Shown here: positions 28,776 to 42,207 of the stretch, piece by piece
How the letters are laid out: each line of letters opens with the position of its first letter
Position numbering within the stretch: position 1 is the stretch's first letter
NCBI GenBank assembly: GCA_009914755.4
Contig: CP068257.2
Span: forward strand, 26,720,001 to 26,784,000
Direction of reading: 5' to 3'
Source of the DNA: the human T2T-CHM13v2.0 reference genome, Homo sapiens
DNA: 64,000 nucleotides
The notes under the pieces: generated by a model
Seen by the model: the letters and a program-made list of their open reading frames with translations, nothing else
What the model was told of the DNA's origin: nothing
Database searches by the model: none
Made by a program: the position numbers and the translations under genes

Positions 28776-29689
28776 ATAGTCTATGTGTGGTGTCACATTA
28801 ATCCTCTAAAAGGAAAACTAACTCATGCTGCTTGCTTGATTAATAATTGATAAGTACTTAGAGTCTCCTATGACATGTCCTAGACCTACTTTTCAAGCCA
28901 GACTGTCTAAACCAATCTTACTATTTTTGTCTGTATTCCTAAATAATACCTTTTCCATCCACATAAATTTGAAGCTCCCCTTCCACACTCTTAGATGCCC
29001 TCTTCCAGATTCCTTACCTCCATGTTACTAAATAAAATCCTAACTATTTTTAAAGGCACAATTTTAAAAATCCATGTTTACTCTAGTTAGAAATAGGGTT
29101 TCTCATTTAACTAGTTGCATACACTAGATATTATCTTATCTTGAGTTATCATATCTTGAGTTACATTTTATGTGAGTATACATTTCTTATCACCCAACAG
29201 GGTACTACCTTCATGTTTCTTTGCATTTTCCACAGCAGTTTCCATAGCATAAGTATACATCAGAGATGGGCCATCGGTGTTTGCTAATTTAATAAATAAG
29301 GTCACCCATTAAGCCATATAAAGATCTTACTTCCACTAGGGAATTGAGGAGGCAAATTGAATATTGAAAAGGAGCTTTAAAAATGTCATCTACTTCACCA
29401 TAAGATTTCACACAGCACTCAACCGTATAGACACAAATGTATTGGGGAAAAATTGCCTGTCTTCTGTAAACTAAAATCAAAGTCATAACAAAATTTTCTT
29501 ACACATTTTCTCCCAAGCTTGATTATTGCAAGTAAACAATTAACTCAAGTAAAATTATTAGAGATGGTACTTTCCAAACCTTTCTTATTACAATCCCATT
29601 CAAGACCAAGGGGTATAAACTGAATCAGAAAAAGATGTAGGTGTACAATAAATTATTGTTAATCATACTCACCCTATTCTGCTACCAAA

Positions 29690-30000
29690 TACTAGATGTT
29701 ATTCATTCTATTAATACAAACCTGTAGTTTTGTACCCATTAACCATCTTCACTTTATCACCCTTTCCCAGCTACCATTCCCAGGCTGTGGTAACCTTTAT
29801 TCTGTTCTCTATCTCCATGAGTCCAATTTATTTTTTAGCTCCAAGAAATGATAAATACTTAAGGTGATGGATACTCAAGTTACCCTGTTCTGATCACTAC
29901 ACATTGTATGTCTGTATCAAAACATCACTTGTACTCCATAAATATGTACAACTATTATGTACCCATAGCAATTAAAAATATATTTAAAAATTACAGGAAG
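29690..30000. mobile_element. LINE-1 3' end with inverted 5' segment (twin-priming structure)
   Basis: 29690-29850 is the antisense of the L1 3' region ('tgtacccattaaccatc...cccagctaccattcccaggctgtggtaacc...tatctccatgagtccaat'). 29870-30000 is the sense L1 terminus ('ggtgatggatactcaagtt...tgtatcaaaacatcacttgtactccataaatatgtacaa...caattaaaaatatatttaaaaa'). Confidence 0.6.
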
Positions 30001-30796
30001 AACAAACAGTACAGCAGTAGAACTATAATAGCCAGATGTATCAATGACAAACAATAAAACATCTGAAAACAAACAAAATAGAAATGTGGGCACAGTGAAG
30101 ACAAAAGCAATAACTGAAAGTAAGTGGTTACAATCAAAATAGAAACACACAGCTGGCAAATTAGTTTTGCAGAAGAGTTTAAGTTTTCCTATTTCCTTGG
30201 CAACTGAAGAAGGTTGTGATGTTAACTGCTTAGACATCTGCATCCTCAGAACCATCTCCTCCTTTAGAAACTAGAATAAATACCAAAGTAATACTACGGG
30301 CCAGAATATACTACTCCTTAACAAAACCAAATGAAAGTAATGAAATAAAGCTTTTAATATGTGAATTATCTTTGGTTTAATGCCTGAGAGGGATTAATTA
30401 TTTTTTGTTTTCTTTGTTTTCTTTAGAGAAAAGTGAACGTCCATGTAATGGCAGGAATTTCCTGAGGTTGCTACATTCTAAGTGTTTTGGACCCTCGAGC
30501 TAATCATTACAAACTATCCCTACACTCTTAGGAGATCTTTATTATTATTCTTTTTAGGTTAAAGTTGGCACTTGATTATAGACCCAGTTTGCTCATAGCC
30601 TGTAGAACATGGGCATGAATACCAAGAAACAGCCAAAGGCAAGCCAGATTTCAATCACAGAAGACTCTTATTTCCCACATTAGAATAAATTTAAACTGAC
30701 AAAGGACAAAAGTCAACGATATAAAGTCAAAACTAAAAATACAAAGGATTTGGTATACAATTCAACATTCTAGAAATGTCAGTTCTTTTTTCTAGG

Positions 30797-30799
<3 letters not shown>

Positions 30800-30836
<37 letters not shown>
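30800..30836. repeat. (TG)18 microsatellite
   Basis: Direct read. Confidence 0.95.
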
Positions 30837-30838
<2 letters not shown>

Positions 30839-31139
30839 CTCTAGAAACAGATGGTTATGTCTTAGTAGTCACAGTACTCAGTCTGCCATCTTGCCAGTAT
30901 GTACCTGATCTGATTTAAAAGTTCAGGGACTTTTTTCCCCCAAATATCAAGCTTTGTTGTGATAATGTCAGAATTATTCATACTTGGTTAGGTACATAGG
31001 TACAGGTACAGGAAGCCACATATAAGAATCACCCAATTATTTACTGAATTTCATTTTTTGTTGTTATATGTGATATAAAACTTATGTGAAAGAAAAGATA
31101 GAGATTAATAGAATAAATTATCTTTAAGGGCATAATGCT

Positions 31140-31265
31140 ATAGCTGTTTTTTAAAGAGCAGCTCAATCTCCTCTCCTCTCTTCTCCTTTTCTCCCTTTTC
31201 TCACCTTGCCTCGCTTCTCCCATGCTTCTCCTCTCCTTTCCTGTCCTCTCAGAAATGGAGAAATG
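31140..31265. repeat. CT-rich low-complexity tract
   Basis: 'ctcaatctcctctcctctcttctccttttctcccttttctcacc...ctcctctcctttcctgtcctctc'. Confidence 0.8.
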
Positions 31266-31664
31266 GAGTTGAGTAGCTATGGGTAATTGCAAGTGGTTCA
31301 ATGAAATATAGGCCCTTGGAAGCTCAAAGTTAACAAACGGAAGTTAATAATGCTTGCAAAGTGTCTTGAGGTGAAAATGTATTTTCCTAGTCACAGATAT
31401 AAAAAGTAAATAACTAGTATGTGTTCATCTGTGAAATCTTTGGCATTTAAAATAAATCCTCATTCTCTAGGTGGGCAGCCTTGGAGGAGATGAAAAAGTT
31501 TTGGCAAATTAGACACTCAGATTTCTACTCATACGGTATCTCAACTTGGCTTCCTCTTTTGCTTACTCCTAAATAAATTCCACACAGAAGGCTGTTTTTA
31601 AAAAATCATAATAAATAATTCAGGAATTATATGTGCCAAATAATCGATTGAAATAATTGAGGTC

Positions 31665-32145
31665 AACAGGCATGTGGTTTGCACTCATTCCCTAAGGCTG
31701 CTGTGACAAATTACTATAAACTTGGTGGTTTAAAATGACAGAAATGTATTCAGTCACAGCTCTGGAGGCCAGAAGTCAAAATCAAGGCATCAGCAGGGCT
31801 GCATTCCCTCTGGAGACTCTACGGAAGGATGCTCCCTTGTCTTCCCCAGCTTCTTGATTCCTTGGCTTGTGGCCACAACCTCTTTGCTCCATCTTCAAAT
31901 TGCCTTTCTTGTGTGCCTCTCTACTCCTCAATGGGCTACTTGGGAGGCCACTTGTTATTGGGTTTAGGACAAACTGAGATAAGTCAAGAGGTTCTCCTCA
32001 TCTCAAGATCCTTAACTGCATCTGCAAAGACTCCTTTTCCAAAAAAAGGCAACATTTACAGGTTCCAAGCATTGAAATATAAACAAAGCTTTTTGGAGAC
32101 CATCATTAAACCCACTAGAGAGTTCGCATTTCAATTCCAAAAATC
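31665..32145 (+). mobile_element. MLT1-type LTR (ERVL-MaLR)
   Basis: 'ctgtgacaaattactataaacttggtggtttaaaatgacagaaatgtattcagtcacagctctggaggccagaagtcaaaatcaaggcatcagcagggctgcattccctctggag...catctcaagatccttaactgcatctgcaaagactccttttccaaaaaaaggcaacatttacaggttcc'. Confidence 0.75.
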
Positions 32146-32146
32146 A

Positions 32147-32513
<367 letters not shown>

Positions 32514-33067
32514 TAATACATTCTTCAAATGAGATCATAAAGCTGCTAATCCAATTATTATTTATTATTAGAACTATGTTGGAATTATACTATAACACTG
32601 CTGGAAGTACAAGCAATGTTGTATAATACATGTTCCTAAAAGAACATATAAGAAGTGTTACTGAAATAACAAACATTTTCCTCTAAAGAATTGCTAGGCA
32701 TGAATCCTGTAAACTCCAGCTAAATGAAGCTTAATAATAATAGTAAATTGAGTGTGCCATGCACCATACTAAGTGTTTCACACATTGTCTGGTTTAATCC
32801 TCATGATGACTTACAAGATAGCATAACAGACTTCTCTGAATGCTGATTCTTCCTTGCCATAACATCTCTTCCTTTCCAAAAAAAAAACATTTCTTATTTT
32901 CTGGTGTCTGGTATCTTACAAAAAGCTGGGTCTTCATTAAGTCAGTGATGATAATCCCAACCCCTTTGCTGGTGAGTGGATCAGGAATAGACATGGAACA
33001 CAATTGTGGCCAATGATACTTGAAGAAAGCTACTGAGGGGGTTTCTAGAATGAAGTTTCTTCACACA

Positions 33068-33395
33068 TTGTATTAGTTTGTTAGAGGTGCCATTACAAAC
33101 TACCACAGACTGGGTGGCTTAAACGGCAGAAATTTATTTTCTCTTAGTTCTGGAGGCTAGAAGTCCAAGATCAAGATGTTGGCAATGTTGATTTCTTCTA
33201 AGTTCTTTCTCCTTGGTCTTTTCTCTTTGTCTATCTGTCCTCTTCTTTGAAGGACACTGGTCATATTGAATGAGAACCTACCCCAGTGACCTTATTTAAC
33301 TGTAATTACCAGTATCCCCAAATTAGGTCACATTCTGAGGTACATGGGGTTAGAACTGATGAATTTGGAGGTGACATGACTCAGCCTACAACATG
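33068..33395 (+). mobile_element. MaLR-type LTR (MLT1/MST-related)
   Basis: 'ccattacaaactaccacagactgggtggcttaaacggcagaaatttattttctcttagttctggaggctagaagtccaagatcaag...aggacactggtcatattgaatgagaacctaccccagtgacc...ggtcacattctgaggtacatggggttagaactgatgaatttggaggtgacatgactcagcc'. Confidence 0.7.
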
Positions 33396-33959
33396 TTTAA
33401 AAAAACACACACAGAAAAAAAAAATCTTCATCATTTAAACATTGTCTCTGCTGGGTGTGATATCTAACAGGAAATGACCCTGTAGATGACAGAACAGTGG
33501 ACAGAATCTAGAACCTTTCCGACATCATGAGACTGGGGCATCCTTGACTTAGGACTTCCTATTACGGATGATAGTTACTGTTCTTATTTTTAAGCAGTTG
33601 AGGTGTTTTTTTTCTCTCTCGCTTCTGCTACAGTATCTAATTTGTATAAGTAAATACGTTTATTTTCATTGCCATTTCACAAATACAGAAACCTTGTCAG
33701 GAAAGCTGGAATTCTGATCCAGGAATCTAACTCCTGCCTGAATGTCCATAAATAATAGGTCTGTGGCATCAAAATGTTCTCTCCAATACTCAGGCTTTCA
33801 TTTCAGTTTTATAAAAGCCTCCTAGAGAAAAATTTAAAAGCAGACCTTAGAATATTACTAGCTGGTTGTTCTAGAAATCTAGAAGCAAGGAACTGTGCAA
33901 AGAATTAAGTCAGCCATGAAGGTATTTTGATGAACAAGAAAGTATCTCTACTAAGATAA

Positions 33960-34155
33960 GGTTAAAAAACAATAAGAATGGCTACAATATAAATACACAA
34001 AAGTCAACAGATAAAGAAAAAGTGGTATATATACACTATGGAGTACTCTGCAGACATCAAAAAGAATGAAATCATGCCTTTTACAGGATCATGGATGGAG
34101 CTGGAGACCATTATCCTTGGTAAACTAATGCAGAAACAGAAAACAGAGTACCTCA
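33960..34155 (+). mobile_element. LINE-1 ORF2 C-terminal / 3' fragment (5' part, split by LTR)
   Basis: ORF 34038-34250 begins MEYSADIKKNEIMPFTGSWMELETIILGKLMQKQKTEY, matching ORF2p (...MEYYAAIKKDEFMSFVGTWMKLETIILSKL...). Confidence 0.8.
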
Positions 34156-34524
34156 TGATATGGTTTGGCTTCGTGTCCTCACCCAAATCTCATCTTGTAG
34201 CTCCCATAATTCCCACATGTTGTAGGAGGGACCCAGTGGGAGATGACTGAGTCATGGGAGTGGATATTTCCCATGCTTTTCTCATGATAGTGAATGGGTC
34301 TCACAAGATCTGATGGTTTTAAAAGTGGGAGTCTCCCTGCACAAGCTCTCCTTTTGCCTGCTGCCACCCACGTAAGACATGACTTGCTCTTCCTTGCCTT
34401 CTGCCATGACTATGAGGCCTCCCCAGCCATGTAGAACTGTAAGTCCAATTATACCTCTTTCTTTTGTAAATTTCCCAGTCTCAAGTATGTCTTTATCAGC
34501 AGTGTGAAAACAGACTAATACACT
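34156..34524 (+). mobile_element. MST/THE1-type solo LTR (ERVL-MaLR) inserted in L1
   Basis: 'tgatatggtttggcttcgtgtcctcacccaaatctcatcttgtagctcccataattcccacatgttgtaggagggacccagtgggag...gcagtgtgaaaacagactaataca'. Confidence 0.85.
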
Positions 34525-34790
34525 GCATGTTCTCACTTAGAAGTAGAAGCTAAATGATGAGAACTCACAGACACAAAGACAGACACAATGGATACTCAGC
34601 CCTACTTGAGAGTGGAGGATGGGAGGAAGCAGAGGAGCAGAAAAAAATAAATATTGGGTACTAGGCTTAGCATCTGGGTGATGAAATGATCTGTACAACA
34701 AACCTCCATGACACAAGTTTACCTATATAACAAACCTGCACATGTACCCCAAAACCTGAAAGTTAAAAGTCACTAAGCCAGTTAAATGAG
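34525..34790 (+). mobile_element. LINE-1 3' end (continuation after LTR)
   Basis: 'tgcatgttctcacttagaagtagaagctaaatgatgagaactcacagacac...gggtactaggcttagcatctgggtgatgaaatgatctgtacaacaaacctccatgacacaagtttacctatataacaaacctgcacatgtacccc'. Confidence 0.85.
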
Positions 34791-36131
34791 ATTATTGTTA
34801 ACAACCTAATATACAAATTGTGCTCTCTCTACTAATCTCTGTAGATAGTTTGAGCCCAGTCCTTAATTCTCTTTGGCAAGAATTGCAAATTACCTTTAGC
34901 TACGGATTTCATTGTTCAATTGGTTTTAATTACAGCGTTTTCCATTACTCATCATTTTCCTTATTTCAAATTAAGCCTCTCTTTTACTTCTTCCCTTAAG
35001 AGGAAATGAGTGTTTGTCTTTTCTCAAACCTTCCTTTACATATTTGTATCACATGCCTTTTGTTTGCCTTTCTGGAATAAACCCACTGTTCTCTCATGTC
35101 CACAGATGCCTCATCATCCCAGCATAAATTATTCCAATGTTTCATGTATTTACTTTTTTAAATTTTAAAAAATAGCCTGCCTTTCTTCTTCTGAGATGCA
35201 ATAATATAAAGAAACATGGACAGCCTATTTCTTGTGCTTCAAAGAACATATTCCTAATAATTTGGGCCACTATTTTGTTCCATTCTAGTGTTTTTATTGT
35301 GTGTGGAAAAATCCTTCAGGTTAATTCCTCAGTTTTACTCAGAACTAGAATGCCTGGCAGTGTGAGGTCAGTGTTATCACCAATTCTCAACCAGCATCAG
35401 GAAGGACCACACTTAACCCAGCTGTGACTGATAGATAACTCCTGGCTTAGCAGAAACTGTGAGCTTGTGTGCGATGGTTAAGCAATGTAATAAAGGAACC
35501 AGCTCTAGTGGAGAGACTCTGAGCTCCAGAAGACTCACTGAGGTCAGAGTCCCTCTGCCTTACTTTCTAGTGATATATGTTTTGCTCTATTTTCTAATTT
35601 ACTTTGGTCCTATTTGGCTTTAGGGGTATATTTTTCTTCAGTGACTTTTACTTTGCAGCTGATTATGGCATAAGTACTGCTGCAGATGGCTTTTTTGGCC
35701 CCAATTAATGGCCTCCCTTTGCCATGTGACTTTGCAGCTCTTTCCACCAAGACATGAAGCCTGTCCTCCAAGTCTTTAATATAGAGCTGGCTTTGTACCT
35801 TTGTACCAATAGCATCTGGTGAAGGTGGCAGCTAACCACTTCTGAAGGTAGGCCTCAAAAAGCCCTTTGCACATTTTCACTGTCTCAGAATGTCACCTTT
35901 GCTAGGAGAACAAACCCTAGATAGCTTTCTGGAAGATGAGAGACCACATGGAACAGAGACCAATGATCTCGGCTGAAGACAACTTCAACCAGTTCCCGGC
36001 TGACCCACCAACTGACCACAGATGCAAGAGTGAGCTTAACCAAGATCAGCTGAGGTTGGCCCAGATCAGCAGAACCACCAACCCAGTCCTAAGTTCACAA
36101 ACAAAAATAAATTTTCATTGTTACATACCAC

Positions 36132-36520
36132 TGTGAAGGAAATGGCTGTGCTTTACTCAGTAGTAGTCTGAGGTGGCTGCCTGGTGCAGCATGACTTAGC
36201 AGGGTTTGGAATGCAGGCGCACAACTCTGCTTGTTATATAACCATGCCACGTGAGGTGCATTAGGTGATCACTCATCTGAGCTCGTACTTGGCTCACAGC
36301 CACTATTGTCTGTAAAGGTGTAATTACTCTACTTAAGGCTGTACATACAGCTTGCGGTTTGCACCTGCGGCTGACACCCAGGCTCACTCACGCCCAGAGA
36401 GAGAGTAAAAGCCATGTCAAAACTGTGTACAATTCTTCGAGTATTTTTCCAGCTACCTGCCATTGGTCTATCCACTCCCCTCAGTCCTCAGTTTGGGCTG
36501 GAACCTGACACTTGGCATGA
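36132..36520 (+). mobile_element. 5' LTR of ERVL-like provirus
   Basis: ~85-90% identical to 39213-39632 (shared 'gcagcatgact[t/c]agcagggtttgga...cacattaggtgatcactca...agccactattgtctgtaaaggt[g]taattac...gggctggaacc[t/c]gacactt'). Confidence 0.75.
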
Positions 36521-39212
36521 AAACTGGCATCACAAACAGGATCCCAAGGTGGGTGAGCCTTTGGTCCCCGCTGATTCTTGGTTGGCTCTGTGGCCACAAC
36601 ATGGGTTGTGGTACCAGACTGCAGCTGTGCTGTGAGGATGGGCTCTGGTGGAGACTGGGCGGTGGTAGGTGGGTCCCTTGTGAGCATGGAGAAGGCCCTG
36701 AAGTTGCTGGAAGCACAGAGCACTGAGAAGGAAGGAGCCTTTGCTGGCAGAATTGGATGGGCATTTTTGACTGCGCTTGGAGTACACACCCAGTCCCTGA
36801 GGGATGCCACAGACGTAAGGGCTTTGCAGACATAGGCGAGGCACCTGGAGGCCTGGCTACACAGTTCAGAAAAAGAATTAGAAGCTGCCATGAATGGGGA
36901 CCTCCAGGCACCCCCTGGAAGCCTGGCTACAGAGCTTGAAAAAGGAATTAGAGGCTGCTGTGAATGCAGGCCTGGAGGCCATTGGTGGGACCGAGGGGTC
37001 TGTGCAGTAAAGAAGGGGAAGATGCCCATGGGAAAATAGGGGACCCCAACCAGTAACACACTCAAAGATGTGGATAGATTTGATTTTGGCCAGGGTTGAG
37101 AAACAGAAAATTGATAAGCAGCCCAATGAAGTACTCTTAACTTTGTGGAGACAGTTGCCTCTGGAACAGCAATTCCAGAAAATGCCCAAGAGGAAGAAGG
37201 GGAGAAGGACATTGCTGCGTGATCTGGTCCCACCTGGGGTGTTCCAGCTCAAAGACTATGTACTGAAGCAAGGCAGGGATGTAAAGCCTTTTCTGTTTAT
37301 GAGGGAACTGGCCGAGGTGCCCAGCTTGAGGGGACACTGGGCAACCAGAAGCCACATGTGAAATTGACAAGCCACTGGTCCCTGCACCCAGATAAGTTTC
37401 CAGGCAAGGCTGCATAGACAGCTATGAAATGTCTATGGTCAATGAAAGTGAAATCTGTATCTCTGCACCTTGGCATCAGCCACCTGGCCCCTGGTTATGC
37501 ACTGTGTATGTCTCTCCCATACCTGTATACATTCTGGGGGTGGACACTTTACACAGCTTGACAGCTGTCTCATCTATCACATATTTGATGGACTACTTGA
37601 CAACAGAATTGGGACAGTACCACTATGGGGTGGACTTGACTAATGCATTTTTTTTTACAGAGTCAGGAACAATTTGCCTTCATGGGAAGGTGACAATGGA
37701 CTTTCACAGTGTTACTGCAGGGCTATGTGCATAGCCCCACCATATGTCATGGTCTTGTTAATGATATTATCCATGGTCTTTTTAATGCTATCAAGCTAAC
37801 CTCTAATTCTCTTGCAGATTTAGAATCGGCAGTGCTCCTCTTGCCTGAGATTGCAATGGTGCAGCTGAGACCACCTTCCTGGCAGCCAAGTGGGCTATTC
37901 AGCAGGAATAAGCCCTGTGGATAGTTGAGCAGGGGCTCCCATTCGAGCTGGATGTGCATGTGACCACAGATGGTTTCAGCTGGGGCCTGTGGCAGCACAC
38001 GGAGTGCTTGAGAACACCAGTAGGCTTTTGATCCCAACTATGAAAGGGAGCTGAGCTCTGGTATTCCTTGATAGAGCAGCAGTTAGTAACTGCATGTGCT
38101 GCCCTTCAGGTTCATGAGAGCTTGGCAGGATTGGTTACAATCTTCATGCAGACAACTTACCCAATAGCAGGATGAGTGCATTCATGGATAATGACCCCCT
38201 GGACTGGGATGGGGGAGACATCCACTTTGGCAAAGTGGAGTGCCTACTTGGAGCAGCAGAGTACACTGAGCACAAGTCCCTTAGAAGTCTTGGGAGCTGC
38301 AGTCCTATGCAAGATAAGGCCATGGGGCCTGAGGCACCCCTAGACTCTGAGCCTTTACCATTTAAAGAAGGACATCCCTCCATTCCCAATGGGGCATGGT
38401 ACACAAATGGGTCTAGCTGAGGTGCTACTGCTGCCTGGACCACTGTTGCAATCCAACCTAGTACTGACACCATATGGTTTGAAACCGGGTGTGGGCAAAG
38501 TAGCCAATGGGCTGAACTTAGAGCAGTATGGATGGTGATCACCAAGGAGGTGACACCTATAGAAATGTGCACTAATAGCTGGGAAGTTTATCGAGGCTTA
38601 ACCTTGTGGTTAACTACCTGGAAGTTACAAAATTAGCTAGTTGTTCACCGGCCCACGTAGGCCAAGCCATGTGGCAAGATCTATAGGAGGAAGAATGACC
38701 TTCTCTGACCAGGTATAGGGATGAACAGTAACCTATTGTTGCCTGTCCTGATGCCCCTGAAGTCAGAAGAACAGAAAACTTGGCTGTGGCCATGGACCCT
38801 CCAAGCCCCCAACTGCCTGTGGTTGGCCATCATAGCTCCCTGGGAGAAGTGCCTACAGTATGACTTGCCTGTCACTCCTTGGCTGTTCAGTGCATGCCCC
38901 CCATGGTTGACTGTTCATAGGGAAACAGCCAGGGGATGAACCCTCCTCTGGGGGGCATATGTACTATCTGTGTTGCCTATTATGAGCTCCCCTGTGACTG
39001 TGGCACAGACACAGGACCCAAAGCAACCATGGGGAGCTGGAAGGTGTGGTATCATCAGCCAGAGCAGAAGCCCTTGGTAGCTGCATTGTTATCCAGGGAT
39101 GGAAAGTTAGCCTGTTATTGTTGTTGTGGGTTAAGGATTCAGGGATCTGCCCTTTGGGCACATGTCCCTGCACAGAGGATGCTCTCAGCCTATGGGGTGG
39201 AGTGTAAGGGAA
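36521..39212 (+). mobile_element. Internal region of degraded ERVL-like (class III) provirus: gag remnant, pro, RT, RNase H, integrase remnants
   Basis: Plus-strand ORF fragments: 37068-37361 gag-like; 37429-37734 with 'GQYHYGVDLTNAFF' (RT motif); 37709-37924 'LLQGYVHSPTICHGLV' (matches the ERV-L 'LPQGYxNSPxxCH' RT motif); 38172-38420 ends in 'GAWYTNGSS' (RNase H start). Multiple frameshifts and stops. Length ~2.7 kb implies large deletions. Confidence 0.7.
37430..38420 (+). pseudogene. Decayed retroviral pol (RT-RNase H) pseudogene within the ERV
   Basis: See the motifs above. The reading frame is broken into at least 4 pieces. Confidence 0.7.
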
Positions 39213-39632
39213 ATGGCTGCATGTTATTCTGCAGTAGGTTGAGGAAGCCTCCCAGCGCAGCATGACTCAGTAGGTTTGGAGTGTAAGTGCACAACTTCAC
39301 ACATTATGTAACCAACACTGTGTGAGGCACATTAGGTGATCACTCACATGAGCTTGTGCTTGTCTCAAAGCCACTATTGTCTGTAAAAGGTATAATTACC
39401 CTGCTAATGCTTTACATATGGCTTGCAGCTCATGCCCAGGCCCATGCCCAGGCTTGTGCCCAGGCTTGTGGCTTGCACCCATGGCTCATGCCCAGGCTCG
39501 CTTGTGCTGAGATAGAGTAAGAACCGTGTCAAAACCGTCTGTGATTCCTCAAGTGTTTTTCCAGCTCCCTGCCACTTGTCCACCCACTGCCCTCGGTCCC
39601 CAGCTTGGGCTGGAACCCGACACTTAGGATGA
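39213..39632 (+). mobile_element. 3' LTR of ERVL-like provirus (with short internal tandem expansion 'catgcccaggc')
   Basis: Homologous to 36132-36520. Preceded by the purine-rich tract 'ggggtggag'. Contains 4 copies of 'atgcccaggc[t/c]' absent from the 5' LTR. Confidence 0.75.
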
Positions 39633-42207
39633 CAAGCATTATGGTCTTGTGGATGTTAATTAGACAGCATTATTATAGCATAAAAAAAAGGCACAAGCCC
39701 ATTTCTAATAATTATTGTATTTTCCTAACCAGTACATATGATTTTTTTTAGATTATCTTGTTTTCTGTTCATGATCGCTTGACATTCTATCTCTTATTTT
39801 ATTAAAAGTTGTGACATTCTTTGCCATCCTCAGGAGAGGAGCTGGTTATTTTGACTTCCACAGCAATATGCCTAGCAGCCAACCAGGCTGAAGTGAGTGT
39901 CTAAATAAGACTATTTAATGGATAATTTTCAGGTTTCTCAGATGCACCACATTTGCTCTATCCACTCTGTTTTTCCTAACCTTATCAGATTTCATTCTGT
40001 CACAGTCCTAATCCATGAAATCATTGTAAATACTGTCTACCCTTTGACCTCATTTGATTAGTAGAAAACATGCTGTCACCAAGCCAAGCTTTGATCTAAG
40101 GGATCTTTCTTAAAGCAATGAGAATAATCACTATTCCAGTAACAGCAACAGTTGTTGAACAAACAAGATTTACCTGGGGATTTGAAGCAAGGGCAAATTT
40201 TTCCTCTCAGTTTTTTTTTCAAATAAATAAATTAATAGAAGGGCAAAAGCAACAGGAACTAAAAGTATAGATTCCTGTACTACCTAGTTATTGTTTTTTT
40301 CTAAATTTGAAAGTCTTATTCACAAGATAAACAGCCACGTCTATTTTTGAAATTTTTTATGGAGGCAAAAAATTCAAGGTGCTAGATTGTCCTGCTTTGA
40401 CAACTAAAAAGCGGGGGGAAATCCCTGTCATTTACAATGGATGCAGGTTAATTGTCTGAAAGACTGGCATATAAAAGACCAGTTTATTTAGCTAAGGTAT
40501 GCAGGTCATTTGAATAGCACAATTAGCAAAGGTGAGCTGGGGGAGTATGAAGGAAATTCAAGGAATCTTCATTTCTGACAACTTGGTGAAGGATATCTGA
40601 CCTAATACCATAGTGTATAGGTGATGGATTTCTATGAAATTGTAGTTAGTGTGGGAAGAGCATAAAAAGTGTATAGCCAGAAGACAGAAGCCAAAAGCAA
40701 AGAACTAGGTGCAGGACGGATGATGGGTTAAAATGAAAAAACAAAACTGAAGACAAAGAGAAGCCAAGAGATTTCAGAATGCAAAGACAAAATGGGGGTA
40801 AGGAAAGGAAAGAGAAGATCACACAGTCTATAGACCATTACCAAGTGAGACTATCCAAAGCCATGAAAGACAGGCATAGGCATATGCCTGAGTTTCAGGA
40901 GTACCTCTAAGAGACTCAGCCAATGTCATCCCATTTTCTGAAAGCAGGAAAAAAAATAAATAAGCCGCTGAAAATTAGATTTTCTTAACAAATGGCTGAG
41001 GATAAATAGTGCATAGGTACATGAGATATATACTAAAATTAAAATGTAAAAAAAAATTTAGACATTTAGGGAAGAAGCCATCTTTTTTGAGAAGTACACC
41101 AGTTTAATAAACTCTAAGCTCTTCTGTTTGCTGATAGTCCTCTGGGCTATGGAAATACTCTGGTTATGGGACTATTGCAGCTATGAGAATAGTACAAGAT
41201 GAAGCTTCCTGTTATCGAGCTTCACAGGTAATCTGTGTCCTCTGACATTCCTGACTGTTGCTCACTACACAAGAGCCAAGAAAGCAGGGTTGAATCTCAT
41301 CACCACAGCATGTGTCTATTGCTATTTCATAGTCCCCTCTTCCATCTGCTAAAGATGGAACATGATCTATCTTGCTCACTCTAATTTTTTTTTTGCCTTA
41401 AAAACTGGGCCATGAGTTAGAGGCATGAATAGAAACCATCTCTCAACTCCAGGAGGCTTTGCAAATTACAGACTATGAAGTACTTGACATATAGTTTCTA
41501 AATACAGTTAATCAAAGTTATAAAACCTAAGAAATAAATAAACTCAAGATTTGAAAATCTATTTGAAAAGTATATAGCTATAGTCCTATCCCATGATAGA
41601 GTTCATTTACTTCATCTCTTTCCTTTTCCACCAGAAAAAAACTAAGTATTAAACATAGAAGTTTCAGAAACCTTCTTACAAAACTGTCATAAAAGAACAT
41701 CATATTTCATGCATATGGGATCATGCTTAGATCGAACACAAAACTAAGACCATAATTTTTTGAGAAAATTTATAATTAGATTTTATCAAATTCAAGTTGT
41801 TAAGTATTGTTCTTTTCTTACTGACATTGTGCATAAATGGCTTGAGATCAGAGTTTGCATTATTTTTCATTTTGTGAAAATTATCTTGTTATATTGGTAA
41901 TATCATTTAAAAATCTTTTTTATTCACAGTAGTTCTCTAATCTCTTTAAAAATATATTATTTCTTTTTATAAGAACTCATCTGTGATTATGGGAGTTAAA
42001 AACTTTAAGCTTTTAAAAAATGCCCTTGTTTGTTCAGAGCCCTTCTGTTTCTTACTCAGAATTTGACTTCTATATAATAAAGAGAAAACTAAAATTTTAC
42101 TCCAATATTAAGTTTCCTACTTGGTTCAGACAAACTACCACTGGATGACACACATACTTGTTGGAGTGGACAATAAATCATCCCATCTACAATAATGAGA
42201 TGATATC

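Noticed and set aside
36468-37252. Long minus-strand ORFs (147, 250, 104, 124 aa) rich in Pro/Ser/Ala
   Set aside because: They are antisense to the GC-rich ERV gag/pro remnant. Their composition is low-complexity with no recognisable domain, and they overlap one another in different frames. They are by-products of GC-rich retroviral sequence.
39420-39500. Tandem 'catgcccaggc' x4 as possible regulatory motif array
   Set aside because: It is a private slippage expansion inside the 3' LTR of the ERV, absent from the 5' LTR. There is no evidence of function.
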